Source of the DNA: Pseudogymnoascus verrucosus
Taxonomy: Eukaryota
Assembly (NCBI GenBank): GCA_001662655.1
Contig: KV460211.1
Reading direction: 5' to 3' (one strand)
Length of the DNA: 64,000 nucleotides
The notes under the pieces were generated by a model. It did not search any database. It saw nothing but the letters and a program-made list of their open reading frames with translations, and had not been told where the DNA came from. Positions 24,012 to 36,418 of this stretch are shown piece by piece; position 1 is the first letter of the stretch; the number at the start of each line of letters is the position of its first letter. Made by a program: the position numbers and the translations under genes.

Positions 24012-25635
24012 CTAACCCTCCTCTTCCCCCCCCAACCGATCCCACATCTTCCTACAAGTAGCATTCCCAAACCGATAACTCCCCCCATTCCCCTCAATAA
24101 ACTCCGCCACCCTCTTCCACGGCGTCTTCCCCCTCCCCCTCCCTCTCCCCTTCCCGCAGCTAAACCTCTCCACCCCCTCCCTCAACAATCTCACATCCCC
24201 CTCCGTCCACTCCGGCTTCCTGACCCTCTCCTCCTTCTGCTTCGTCAGCGTGCGGTAGCGACCGCGAAGGGTGGATTCGGCTTCGCTGAAGTTACCGGCT
24301 TGGCGGATTGCGCGGTAGGACATCCCGGCTCGTTTGGAGGTGATGAGGAAGGCGTCTTTGGTGCTCCGGGTTTGGGGGTGTGGGGTCGGGGCGGGGGGGT
24401 TGAGGGGGGGTGCGGGGGAGGGGCGGGAGGCCTGGGGGGGGAGTGAGTTGGTGGTGGTGGTGGGGAAGAGGGGGGAGGAGGGGCATACCTTGGTCTCCTT
24501 GGAAGTAGTCGCCCTCGTCGAAACTACCTGTCTGGTTCGTTCGAGGCTGGGAGCGATGGTGACGTACTGCCTCAGGGGCCTTGTGGGTAATTTATGCCTC
24601 ACTGTCACCTCTTGGTTTGCCTCCTGTTTTAAGACCTCTTGAATGCTTTGGATCTCGGTGGTGGAGTGGAAGGGTCCGTCGTGCGTTGATACCGAGTCTA
24701 GGGATCCACAGTCTGAGCTCGAGGATCCGGAGAAGGAAATGGATGATGAGCTTAGTGTGAGGGCCTTGGGTGCTATGGTGTCTAAGCCCGGTGTATCCGT
24801 CCAAGGCGGGAAGGCGCCAGCGGAGGGAATATTCGCGGTGCTGCTGTCGTCGAAAAACGTATACGGTAGTCCGTGGTGCGAAGGTAAGTTCTGCCCATGA
24901 CATTTCAGTGCATCCCCCCAGATTTTCTCACCGTATCCTCCCTGTCCCTCATCGTTTGGGCTGAAATGCAGCGTCTCAGGTGACTGACCATCCTCGCCCA
25001 GTCCGAAAGAAGATGGCCTCCCTACCCCCGTCTGCAGAGGTAGAGGGATGAACTCGTCATACGTGCATTGGCGACCAAAATCTGATAAGCCGTTATTGCT
25101 GTTATTATAATCCATTTTCCAGTTATTAATAATTTGATCCCCCCCTGTCGTCGTCGTGATGGCAGACATTGAAGTCCAGTACTCGTTCCCCTGCGCCTGG
25201 GAAAGTTGAAATCCCGACGCCGACGACAGTGATGGTGGCGGCGGTGGTGGTGCGGGCTTCGAAACGAATTTTCCCGCCGCCGTCGTGTTGTATGAAAGCA
25301 TTTGCGTGCTAAACCGCTGCTGCTGCGGTTGTGTTTCAAACCCCCGCGCCGCAGCGTTTGCCGCGCTGTTCTCGGTAAGGAAGGGAGTATACGCCGCGGT
25401 GAGAAATGGATGAGGGTGATTCTGGAAACGTCAGTATGCGGCTATCATTTCGTATAGAGTAAGCATAATCACATACCGAATACCCAACACCACCACCACC
25501 ACCGTCCTGAAAAGGTCCCTCAAGCCCTGTGGAAGTGGTATCCCAATCACTGTTATCCACAACCAAACCAGTCGGCACAGAGTGCGCACCTCCTCCCCCA
25601 GACCCAGACAAAGAATTAAACTCACTCCCCGTCAT
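24012..25635 (-). CDS. Fungal Myb/SANT-like DNA-binding protein
   Basis: C-terminal conserved block KDAFLITSKRAGMSYRAIR..GNFSEAESTLRGRYRTLTK..EERVRKPEW...PWKRVAEFI..NGGSYRFGNATCRKMW. The start (MTGSEF, with an intron near 25410-25480) is tentative. Confidence 0.75.
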
Positions 25636-27954
25636 CTCAACAAGGCCACCACGCTGTTGTTGTCGCGGCACGATTCTGTAGGGGGCCCCGCGAAGAGACA
25701 AAGGACAGGGCGGATGGGGGTGTAGGTTGATATGCATTGTGGTTGTGCTTCACCGCCCGTTCCTGTCTTAGGATGTTGCGGAAGGAAGGTAGGAGGGAGG
25801 GTGAGAAGGGCGGTGGAGAAGGTAGGGCGATGCGGTGCAGATGCGAGGGAGGATGAGGGCATCGAAGTTTCTGCGGTTTTCCAGGGGGAGTGATTGATGC
25901 ACCATCCAATCTTCCGCGGCGGTGGAGGTGTATGCCGTCGCGACGATGCTAGATCTGTATTATGGAATCCTGCCTCTTCTTGCATACATAGCTCCTCAGA
26001 TGATTCAAGATCCCCCTCACTCAAACAGCTATCCGCACCTACACACACAACCGCGTCAGACACGCTCTCAGACCGCCAAAAGGCCCCATGTCACAGCCCG
26101 TCAAGGTGAGATGGATGCGTTCACTTACCATGGATTCAACATCTGCGGATTATGAGGTGGTGGCTGAGAATAGTCCGCAGGAGTGGAGACGCGCGTAGAG
26201 GCAGAAGGAAGGGGAACGGTTCCGGTAACGGGGTGGATATGGATATGGATGAGAGATTCTGGGACGGCGGGAAGTGCGTGCATATGAAGATAAATATTCT
26301 TAGGGTATATGAAGAATCATATATTTCTATTCCAGAGTAGTACGGCAGGAGTAAATGAGAGAAAAAAAAAATTCCACCTCGGCCTTGTATCCCCAAAACG
26401 GGATGAAAATGAAAAAAAGGTTGAGAGTCATCACACCCTTACCTACCCCATCAGATGTCTCATAACGGGAATATCTTCAGGGAAAAAGACCCTCCCCCAT
26501 CCCACCCCCCCTTTGCATAGCTAACCAACCCGGATTCGCCCTTGTAAACTTCCAAGAAAGGGTCTACACATACCACCCCTATCCCCGCCAACTGCAGCGG
26601 GTCGAGGAGCCTCAACGGTCGTTCGGGGGGAAGATCGACTAACCCCCCTCCCTCTACTTCTCCTCCTCCGCAGCGGCGGCGGCGGCGGTGGTGGGGCAGT
26701 TATTGAAGACGGGAAGAGAAACGGATACAGGCCTAGCCATCCTCTGTTCAATATCTCTCCTGGCACTAGCGCTCAGACCAAGTCCTCAAGCAAGGCTCGA
26801 TTAATCCAGTATCGACCACCTCCAGCTTAGCCCGTGCAAGGCATCATATTGGTGAGTAGCCCGCTTGGCGGACTGGGCTGGGGCCAGCTTATGGTCCAAC
26901 TGCCCTTTCCGTGCGGCTACGGGGAGCGGCTCCGATGGGAAGGGGGGGAGCCGTACCAAGGTTGATATTGATATAGCAAACGTGTCGACGGGAAGATGCA
27001 GCGTGGAGTGGGGAAGGTTGCTTGCTGCGAGCGTGCGTGCCTTGCCTTGCATGCAAACGATGGGTATGGTATGACTTGCATATTCTGCACGGGTAAATTC
27101 TTCGCGGATAAGCGGCTGTTGGGGGGTGTGTGTGTGTTGGTAGGGAGTGGGAGGAGTAGACGCCGGGGAGATGAAGTAAGGGAGGGAGGGGTTTTTTTTT
27201 TTTTTTTTTGAAAAGATTGAAGGGAGATGGGAGATGGGAAAGATGGAAGGAGAAAGTTGGTAGAGAATAGATTAGGGATACTGTAAAAAATGACGAAAAC
27301 TCCCAAACTGTATTTTTCAACACAGCAAAAGATAAATCACCTACATAACCAAGAGCCTCAATATCCGGCTACCAACTCCCCACCTTGTAACCCCCGACGC
27401 ATCAACCGCATCACCCGTTCCCCCTCTCTTCCCCCCTCCTGTCCCGCGAACACAGGAACAGACAAATAACATATCACCCCTCCCCTCCAACCGTGCGCCG
27501 TGCACCCATCCGCCTCGCCCCATCAAAAGGACCGCGGCTCCGCTTAACGGCACCACGGAGAACCATATATCGCCTCTCCACAGCAAATATACATCCACAG
27601 CAAATATAACGACCGCAGCTCGCATCATCTCGCCATGGTATGGTTCCCGTCGCGTGGTTCCCGTCGCGCATCGTGTAACGACTGACTAGCTCGGATCGGA
27701 CATGCCCGGAGTGAGATCGGCGGGGGGGGGAGGAGAGCAAACGAAACGAACTCATGTCCCTACCCATCTTGCAGCGAACAGCGCGGCGGCGGACGGCGGC
27801 GGATGGGATCGGTGGTAACGAGTTCCCTTCGGAGTTGCTGTATCTTGTATCACTCCCAACGCTCGCTGCGGGAATAACGACGACGGCGGTGGGGGGGTTT
27901 ACATTCCACCAACACCGTCTGTTATGATGGGGCTGTGCGCCGTTGTTGGTTGTC

Positions 27955-27975
27955 GAGATGAGATGAGATGAGATG
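27955..27975. repeat. (GAGAT)n microsatellite
   Basis: gagatgagatgagatgagatg read directly. Confidence 0.8.
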
Positions 27976-30037
27976 GTTGTAGCACAAGATTACGAGAAAT
28001 CGAGCAGTGCGGCTGCAGAAATACTCCAGATTCGGGAGTATCGTGGAATGCGGATTGTAGAGCTTCTAGAACGCCATTTTTGACTTACATGATAGATAGA
28101 TCACCCTGAGCGATTCAATGGGTCGCTGGGTGGGTTGGGTGGGCGGGATATGCATGTCGCTCGTTTGATGACGCTCATATTCGTAATCATCGTCTCTGTC
28201 TGGTCTTAGACATACTTGATGTAGGTTCCCACCCTGAAGAAAATACCGTCATAGAGATCCATGGTAAACCCCATGTTGTCTCTGGGAATCTCTCATGGGG
28301 GTTGCAGAAGAGGTCGCAGAGGGGGTCGCAGAATGGCGGTGTCAGCTGCTTTGCTTGCTTGCTTGCCTTCCCGCATTTCTCAAGATCAGATGTGGGAAAT
28401 GATGTCTTGTATGACAAAAAGGCCCGTAGATGTGAGTGTGAGAGGGCTGCTGTGAGGGAGTGTCCGGGTGACCAGTTCCTAGCCACGCAGTTACACATGG
28501 ACACGTGACAACTTGGATGAGAGATGCTTTAACCGATGATGAAGTCAAATCTATAAGCTTGTTAATTGTATGAATGAAGCATTGCATTTTCCCCAGTCCT
28601 CTACTTTCCCTCATACATATTTTTGGGTGCGACAAAAATAGATATCACGTGGTGAAACGCATGGATATACACGCTGTATCAAGAACGAAGCTCTCAGCTC
28701 AGTCCTTTCGCCGCCGCGGTCTCACATCAGTGGATTTTCAAGGGCTTAACAGCAAGTCCTTTCTAATCAGACGAACACCTCTGAACAAACGAACGTGTGT
28801 CTGACGAAGGCAACAAGTTTGGCGCCAACACGGCGCCAACTATGCACAACTACGTAGGCGCTTTGAAACGCGTGATGTTTCGTGAAACGGTGTTTCGGTG
28901 CGTGCGGAGCGAGTCGGCGCCTGATCGCGCGAATCGATGAAACGTAGTCTACTCGCGCATAGTTCCTCGAGTAGAGTAGGGTAAGGAAGTCGAGTAAGTA
29001 AAGTAAAGTGTAAGTACGGTAAACGAGCCGTTCACTCGTCAGCATCAGCATCAGCGTCATCGTCACCGACCACACCCTTGCCATGCAATGCAGAACATGC
29101 AATGCACTACGCAACCCACCCCAGAAAAAGAAGAAACGACACGTTCTTCCCAGAAACAAAGTTTTGGGGACACACACAAATAAACTCAATCAACTCCACT
29201 GCGGATTCTCGGCACACGCACGCTGTTCTATTCTGCTGTGACTGACTGACTGACCTGCCCTCTGGGTAGCGTGTGGGCGGACAAGACATCGTTGGGGTCG
29301 CCGCCGTCGTCGTGGTCAACACATGTGAAAAGGGCCGATGACCTTCACGCTGTGCAGCCCATCTGATCGTGAACTCCCCTCACCTGCGCCTTTTGCCCAC
29401 CCTCACCTGTCCTCTGCTCTGCACACGCTCGCGCGGCACCCTTGGCGGCCCGCTATTCCCCGCGTTCGGGCGGTGTTCCCGCGATGCAGGTGAAGGCAGG
29501 TAGGGTTCTTCGATGGGAATTTGCAAGTTGGTAATGGAGTCCGCGAGTCCGCGAGTCTCTTGCTCGGCTCGGACTCACCTCGGACGCGGAGGAGGAGAGG
29601 GAAAGCAATCTGGTGATGTTATGCATATTTTCTGGCAGATATTAAGATATGCGCGCCGGCGACGGCGACGGCGATATTGTGGAGTGAGGGTTCTGGGGAT
29701 TTTGGGTAGTTTGGCGGCGGTGGGGAGTGTAGATGGGTTATTAGCTTGTTAAAGCGGACCGAATGAGTTGCTGGTATGCATTCCTTCTCGGTGGCATTTG
29801 TGAACAAGAACAAGGTTTCAAGGTTGCGGGAGAAGGATGAGGGGGATGGACGGGGGTAGAGGGGTGGGAAGTATGACAGGAGGGATGTTCAATGCGGGGA
29901 GGGGTGATGATGGTGGGTAGTGTGTGGGAGTGGGATGGATGGATGGATGTGGGAGGGGGGGGGGGGAAGGAGGGAGTTGGATAGGATGGGGAGGGATGTG
30001 GGATAGGATGGGGACGCGATGGATGCGATAAACGATG

Positions 30038-30063
30038 AGAGTAGAGTAGAGTAGAGTAGAGTA
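30038..30063. repeat. (AGAGT)n microsatellite
   Basis: agagtagagtagagtagagtagagta read directly. Confidence 0.8.
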
Positions 30064-31828
30064 AAGTTGCATGTATGCACGGTTCATCGGCAGTGAGACG
30101 TGGTACTGTAGAGTAGCACTCGCCTAAACCAATCAGATCGCCAATAAACGGTTCTGTGCCTGACCTAGGATCCATTACGTTAATCCACTAACAGTCCACT
30201 AACAGTCCACTACAATCCACTAAACTCCACTACAAAGAGGAAAGCGCGTCGGCTCGCTCATTCTCCACCAACCACTCCCACTGGCACTTGACACATTGAC
30301 ACTCACTCACACCACTCACATTAATACCATCACCACCACACTAATGCTAGTCAGGTCTCACTGGTATCCGTTGTAAATCTACCAGTAGCACCCTAATGAC
30401 CCGAGCCACGCGCCTTTCTTTTTGTGTGTGTACACTCCAGTAGACTCAGCACTACAGCAAAGTACACTCCCCTACAGTTTCACCTCATCGCCCTTTGTTG
30501 TGGTTGTTGGTAGTGGTCGTCTTGTTGGCCCCCGACAATAAGGTTACGGGTGATGGCAGGGCGGTTGTGCTGTTGTTGTGATGCTGCTGTGCTGCTGTGC
30601 CGCTGTGCTGCGTAAATACGCGCGTGTGTTCATGGCTGAGTGGCTCTGGCTGGGCTATACCGGTATTCCGCTTCTAATACCGCTCCTATCACCCTAACAA
30701 AAGAAAGTTCGGCGCCGAAGAAATGTATACTGATGCACTGCACTGCCGCTGGAAAAAAAGGTCCCTTGACACTAACAGAAAGTACCTCCACCTCCACAAA
30801 GTCTCTTTTCAAGCCTCCTCCGATCCCCCCCCGTCCCCCCCAGTCCCCACCCCCCGGCTCTTCATCACTGGGGTTCCCAGGTTGGTCCAGGTTGGTCCAG
30901 GTAGCTCCTATTTCTGAAGCATGAGAGCGCCTCCTTAATCTCGACCGCCTTGACCGGGGAACAGAGAAGCCAACCCCCAATCGAACCAACTCCTCCGATG
31001 GGATTTGTTTCTGTTTCGTTTGTTTCCGACTTTCCATCCACAACTGTCCGCCACTACTCACCACTACTCCTCACCCCGTGCTGTACTTCCAAGCCGCCAC
31101 TACCTCATCTACCTCATCCCGTGCGACAGGGTGGAACTTCAGGGTGGCCTGCATGGCTCAAAATGTCTTGAACAATGCGTCCGGTGCCAAGTGCTCTTAT
31201 CCTCCGAAGCTACGGATCGCCGCCGAAGTGTGCTGCTGATGGCCCTCGTCCTGCCATTCGCGCCTTCCTAGATCACGGTAGCGTCTACTCCCATGCCACT
31301 CTATGCCAGCCCTTGCTCCCTTTGCTCCTCCACCGCACTCTATTCAAGTCCGAACCCAAGACATCCACAGCACCTGGTCTGGCCCAGAGTGGTCAAGTGT
31401 CGGCCATTCATAGATCTGTGGCGGTTCGGCGTCAATACGCGTGAATGGGTGGGTCCACCTCCCCCCCCCCATGGTCTCAATATGGTGTGAATGGGTGTGA
31501 ATGCCTGACAATGGGCTACCTGGCGCGGAAAGGTGGGTAGGTTGTGAGCAGGCACCTCACCTTCATCCCTCCTTCTCTATATAAGTACCTGAGTATATCC
31601 GCTTCTTTTTTCACAATGTAAGCAAGCGCTGGTCTCTCGCCCATTGTTCACTTCCTTAGACCCTCAGGTCTGCTGCTGCCCTTCCTAGAAGAGTCTACTG
31701 TAAGATCCTTTTGTTTGCGCCCCTATCGGAATTTGTTATATATCCAGCATCATACTTACAATTCTCTCAGAAAACATACGCTTTACCCCACATTGCTACT
31801 TACATATTTACTTCCCCCAACGCCCATA

Positions 31829-34498
31829 ATGGCGTTAACCATGCATCGCCTGCTGGCGGTCATGAGCTTGCTATTGCTCATGGTCACAGCATTCCCAGCT
31901 ACCTCCGCCGCTCCTTCCAAACGAGCTACCTCATACTGGCAGTCAGATATCAAGCGCCAAGGCACTGTCGCATACGGCGATTCCTCTTTCAAGATCTTCC
32001 GCAATGTCAAGGACTTCGGCGCCAAGGGAGATGGAACCACCGATGACACCGCTGCTATCAACGCTGCTATCTCTACTGGCAACCGCTGCGGCCAGGGCTG
32101 TGACTCCTCGACTGTCACCCCAGCTCTCATCTACTTCCCCCCTGGAACCTACATGGTCAGCAAGCCATTGAACCAGTACTACTACACCCAAATGATTGGT
32201 GATCTTTCTGCACCACCAACCTTGAAGGCCACCGCTGGCTTCGTCGGCATGGCCGTCATTGACGCAGACCCATATGCTGATGGAGGCATCAACTGGTTCA
32301 CCAACCAGAACAACTTCTTCCGTCAGATCCGCAACTTCGTCATCGACCTGACCGCGATGCCCGTCAACGTCGGTGCTGGTATCCACTGGCAGGTCGCCCA
32401 GGCCACCAGTCTCCAGAACATCGTTTTCAACATGAGAACCGATGGCGGCGCTGCCCTTGCCCAGGTCGGAATCTTCATGGACAACGGCTCCGGTGGTTTC
32501 ATGACCGACCTCACCTTCAACGGTGGAAAGTACGGTGCTTTCCTCGGATCCCAGCAGTTCACCAGCCGCAACCTCAAGTTCAACAACTGCCAGACCGCCA
32601 TCTTCATGAACTGGAACTGGGCATGGACCTTCCACGGACTCGATATCAACAACTGCCAGATCGGTCTTGACATGGCCAACGGCGGTGCTTCTTCCCAGAC
32701 CGTTGGCTCCGTCGTGGTCATGGACTCCAAGATCAGCAACACCCCTGTCGGAATTACAACCGTCTACCACACTTCTGAGGGCGCCACCAACGGCACCCTG
32801 ATCATTGAGAACGTCGATATGACTACCAACGTCCCAGTTGCCGTTAAGAACGCTGGCACCCAGGCCACCCTCCTTGCCGGAAACGCAAAGATCGATTCCT
32901 GGGTCCAGGGCCGCGAGTACAAGGCCGTCAACGCCGGAAAGGATGTCCAGGGTTCCACCCACTCCACCTCCAAGCCCGCTGGCCTTGTCGGTGCTGATGG
33001 CAGAGTCTTCGTCAAGTCCAAGCCTCAATACGCCGATGTCCCAACCTCTTCGTTCATCTCCGTCAAGGACAGGGGAGCCAAGGGTGATGGTGTCACTGAT
33101 GATACTGCTGCTATCCAGGCTATTTTCAACTCCGCTACCGCAGGCCAGGTCGTCTACTTCGACCACGGTGCCTATGTCATCACCAAGACTGTCAACGTAC
33201 CAAACAACATCCGCATCACTGGTGAAATCTGGCCCCTCATCATGGCTGGTGGCGACTCGTTCTTCAAGGACCAAGCCAACCCCAAGCCAGTTTTCAAGGT
33301 TGGAAACGCCGGTGAATCCGGCGCCGTCGAGATCTCCGACCTCATCTTCCAGACCCTCGGCCCCCAGCCCGGCGCGATCCTGATGGAGTGGAACCTCGGC
33401 CAGACCTCCCAAGGCTCCTCCGGTCTGTGGGACGTGCACTTCCGCATCGGCGGCTCCGCCGGGACCAAGCTCCAGTCCAACACCTGCTCCAAGACCCCCC
33501 AGCAGACCACCCCCGCCAAGCCCGAGTGCGTCGCCGCATTCCTCCTCCTCCACGTCACCGCCAAGGGCGCCGTGTACGTCGAGAACTGCTGGTTCTGGGT
33601 CGCGGATCACGAGCTCGACCTCGCGGACCATAACCAGATCAACCTCTACAACGGCCGCGGCGTGCTCATCGAGTCCAACCCCGGCCCAGTCTGGCTGTGG
33701 GGCACAAGCAGCGAGCACAACGTCCTATACAACTACCAGGTCAACGCCGCCGCCAACGTCTTCATGGGTCTGATCCAGACCGAGACACCCTACTACCAAT
33801 CCAACCCCGACGCCTCCGTCCCGTTCACCGTCAACCCAGCCTTCAGCGACCCAGACCTCACCCAGGGCTCCTCCAGGACCAAGAAGGCATGGGGTGTTCG
33901 CGTCCGCAACTCAAACAACGTCTACATCTACGGCGCGGGCCTGTACTCCTTCTTCGACAACTACGACCAGGTCTGCCTCGACACCGCCAGCTGCCAGGAT
34001 AACATGGTCTCCATCGAGTCCTCGAGCAATATCCAGATGCTCGCTCTCAGCACTAAGGCTGCTACCAACATGGTCACCGTCAATGGCCAGTCCGCTGCGC
34101 TCGACAAGGATAATCGCAATAACTTCTGCGCCGCGATCGCCGTCTTCGCTCTGGCCGTAAGCTCTCCTCTACCTACTACCACGACGCGATCAACGTCTCC
34201 CCCGTCCTCCTCCTCAAGCACTACTCCTCCAAGTCCGCTGTCTTCGCACACGACGACTACTCCTACCTTCCCTCTCACCACCCTCACTACTTCTACAGTC
34301 CCCGGTCATCCGCTAACCACTACCACTACAGTAATCACTGCTGTAGACACTACGCGCTCAGTTTCTACCGCTTCCACCAACACTGCTACGGCAACGTTGC
34401 CGTCTGTCCCTGGTGTCGTTCCGGGGTTTACACCTGGTGTTGTGCCTGGCTTCACTCCTGGTGTTGTCCCGGGGTTCACGCCGGGTGTTAGTCCTTGA
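31829..34498 (+). CDS. Secreted GH55 exo-beta-1,3-glucanase with Ser/Thr-rich and (PGVVPGFT)n tail
   Basis: Signal peptide plus KR; two beta-helix repeats (FRNVKDFGAKGDGTTDDTAAI and SVKDRGAKGDGVTDDTAAI); TNQNNFFRQIRN; WFWVADHELD; IQTETPYYQ. Confidence 0.95.
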   Translation: MALTMHRLLAVMSLLLLMVTAFPATSAAPSKRATSYWQSDIKRQGTVAYGDSSFKIFRNVKDFGAKGDGTTDDTAAINAAISTGNRCGQGCDSSTVTPALIYFPPGTYMVSKPLNQYYYTQMIGDLSAPPTLKATAGFVGMAVIDADPYADGGINWFTNQNNFFRQIRNFVIDLTAMPVNVGAGIHWQVAQATSLQNIVFNMRTDGGAALAQVGIFMDNGSGGFMTDLTFNGGKYGAFLGSQQFTSRNLKFNNCQTAIFMNWNWAWTFHGLDINNCQIGLDMANGGASSQTVGSVVVMDSKISNTPVGITTVYHTSEGATNGTLIIENVDMTTNVPVAVKNAGTQATLLAGNAKIDSWVQGREYKAVNAGKDVQGSTHSTSKPAGLVGADGRVFVKSKPQYADVPTSSFISVKDRGAKGDGVTDDTAAIQAIFNSATAGQVVYFDHGAYVITKTVNVPNNIRITGEIWPLIMAGGDSFFKDQANPKPVFKVGNAGESGAVEISDLIFQTLGPQPGAILMEWNLGQTSQGSSGLWDVHFRIGGSAGTKLQSNTCSKTPQQTTPAKPECVAAFLLLHVTAKGAVYVENCWFWVADHELDLADHNQINLYNGRGVLIESNPGPVWLWGTSSEHNVLYNYQVNAAANVFMGLIQTETPYYQSNPDASVPFTVNPAFSDPDLTQGSSRTKKAWGVRVRNSNNVYIYGAGLYSFFDNYDQVCLDTASCQDNMVSIESSSNIQMLALSTKAATNMVTVNGQSAALDKDNRNNFCAAIAVFALAVSSPLPTTTTRSTSPPSSSSSTTPPSPLSSHTTTTPTFPLTTLTTSTVPGHPLTTTTTVITAVDTTRSVSTASTNTATATLPSVPGVVPGFTPGVVPGFTPGVVPGFTPGVSP

Positions 34499-35050
34499 TT
34501 TGCATATGCCGCGTGTGCGTGTGTGTTGGACCTTGTTTTTGATGCGGTTTGCTGCTGAGTGTGAAGGCGATGATTTAGTTGGTACCCGACTGACGATATG
34601 ACCTTTTTTCTTTCTGTTAACTTACACTTCTTTGTACCTTCTTTTTTTTGCACATAGCTTTAGATTGTGGTTGTGGTTGGATGTTGTTGAGGTGGAGGGG
34701 ACCGTGCGGGATCATGGGATTGATTGATTGATAGGGGTGGGGATGGAGGTGCGGGGAAGGCACTTTTTTGGATGCGATGGAGTGGGAGTGGAAGTGGGAG
34801 CGATGGCAGTGGGGGAATCTGGCTGTAGATTCGGAAAAGTATATATGTGACCTAGCAGCGGATGCGAGGTCGGCAAATGGCAATATGTGTTGACTTACCA
34901 ATTTTTTGACGATGATTGTTAAAGGGGAAGTGTGGTGAATGTGTGAGGTTGTGGATGTGATCTATAAGCCGTGGCCTACGCATTTGTTCTAGGACTATGA
35001 GTCCAATCAGTCTAGCTACACCTTTCATATTATCAATTCACGCCCCCCAC

Positions 35051-35548
35051 CTACCCCTCCCTACCGCAGACATCCGACAAAAAGCACGAAGCGCCCACCA
35101 CAACATCCGCAGACGCCAAACCAATATCCCTCGAAGCATGGATAAACAGCGCCCCCCTCACATCTTCCTCGCGCTCAAGGCATTCATATAACACCCACAC
35201 AGCCCCCACCATACATTTCCCCATCCTCGCCCTCCGCCGAGAATAGTCCTGGGCAGACCCAAGACCCTGTATAAACAGCCTCTCCGCCTCCCCAACACAA
35301 TTCTGCTCTAGCAGCAATTGCACCGGCTGCATCCAGGGTGGGAGGGTCAGAGCATAGCATCGGCGTTGGCGTGGTGGAGGGGGCTTAGATCGTTGGGGAT
35401 GTTAGGAATAGTATGTGAGAAGCGAGCGGTGAGTGCGTTGATCAAGGCTTGTTCGACTGGTGGTACCACCGCGAGCTTGGATGCTCGGGCGCGGACGTCG
35501 TTGGCTTTTTTGATAGACGCATGGCAATCTTTGGGGTCGGGGTGGGAA
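35051..35548 (-). pseudogene. Internally deleted remnant of a fungal TPR-domain protein
   Basis: An N-terminal-type block (DPKDCHASIKKANDVRARASKLAVVPPVEQALINALTARF...NDLSPLHHANADAML*) abuts a C-terminal-type block (WMQPV..LLLEQNCVGEAE...LYECLER...RDIGLASADVVVGASCF). Family recognised from memory. Confidence 0.6.
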
Positions 35549-36418
35549 CTGGACGGGTGTTAGGGTAGAGGTGGGTTTTATGGGTGGTCTTACTGCATGT
35601 TGAGGGAACACAGGTGGTGAGGTTAGGCTTGGGTTTAAGGTTGAGATGTATGGGATTAATTCTGAAAACGAGGAACACTCATCTATGTATATTGCTACGT
35701 ATGTTTGCCATTCATCTATAAAAAAAATCTGCCCAGCCTAAGTGGTAGCAAGGAAGAGAGCAGACAGGTGTGTCGAGTAATCGCATTACATCGACCCAAG
35801 AAGCCGGACAGGAAAAGTCTCAAAAAGCATGTTATTAAGCTGCTTGTAAATTGATTAACAATCAAGTAGAAATCTCGGGCGTTTTTCGCCCGTTTCGCAA
35901 AGCTGCTTCTTTCCTCACTATATCACCCTCAAGCCTGACAAGGAGGGGGTAGCAAGCGGGAGGCATGTCTTGGCGGGTTTTGTAGACAATTTGGGAGAAA
36001 ACCTACGGCAAAGTGGCGAATGGCGCTGTCCGTCTTCAGAGTTCCGAGAATCACTTTGCAAAAATATAGACTCACAAGCTGGGATGTCGATAATGCTGAT
36101 ATAATTGTTCAATGCGCTCAAAGCTTGTCTAATATGCCTAGTCTATGTCTATAGAATGCCTACCCATTAACCAAGGTTTCTCATGGCCCAGAAAGCGAAA
36201 GCAGAATTGAAGCAGGAGAAATGAGGAGAAGAGGGCATGAAAGATAGTGCTAGTTCATTCAACAGATCTCTATCTCCATGAAGGCAACTTCGGGCAATAA
36301 AATTGTGCGCGCTGTTATAATGGCTTGGGTTTGCGAGACGGGAACACCAGTTGCACGCAGATAGCTCTACTGTTATTTTTAAAAACGATCTTGAAAGATT
36401 TGAAGTCTAAATCTAAGT

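Noticed and set aside
25640..31700. Many short ORFs, or a transposon, in the long intergenic region
   Set aside because: The ORFs are low-complexity with no domains. No transposase or RT motifs, LTRs or TIRs were seen.
31943..33718. 591-aa antisense ORF within GH55
   Set aside because: Shadow ORF caused by strong C-ending codon bias. The same applies to 2419-3465 opposite VAM7.
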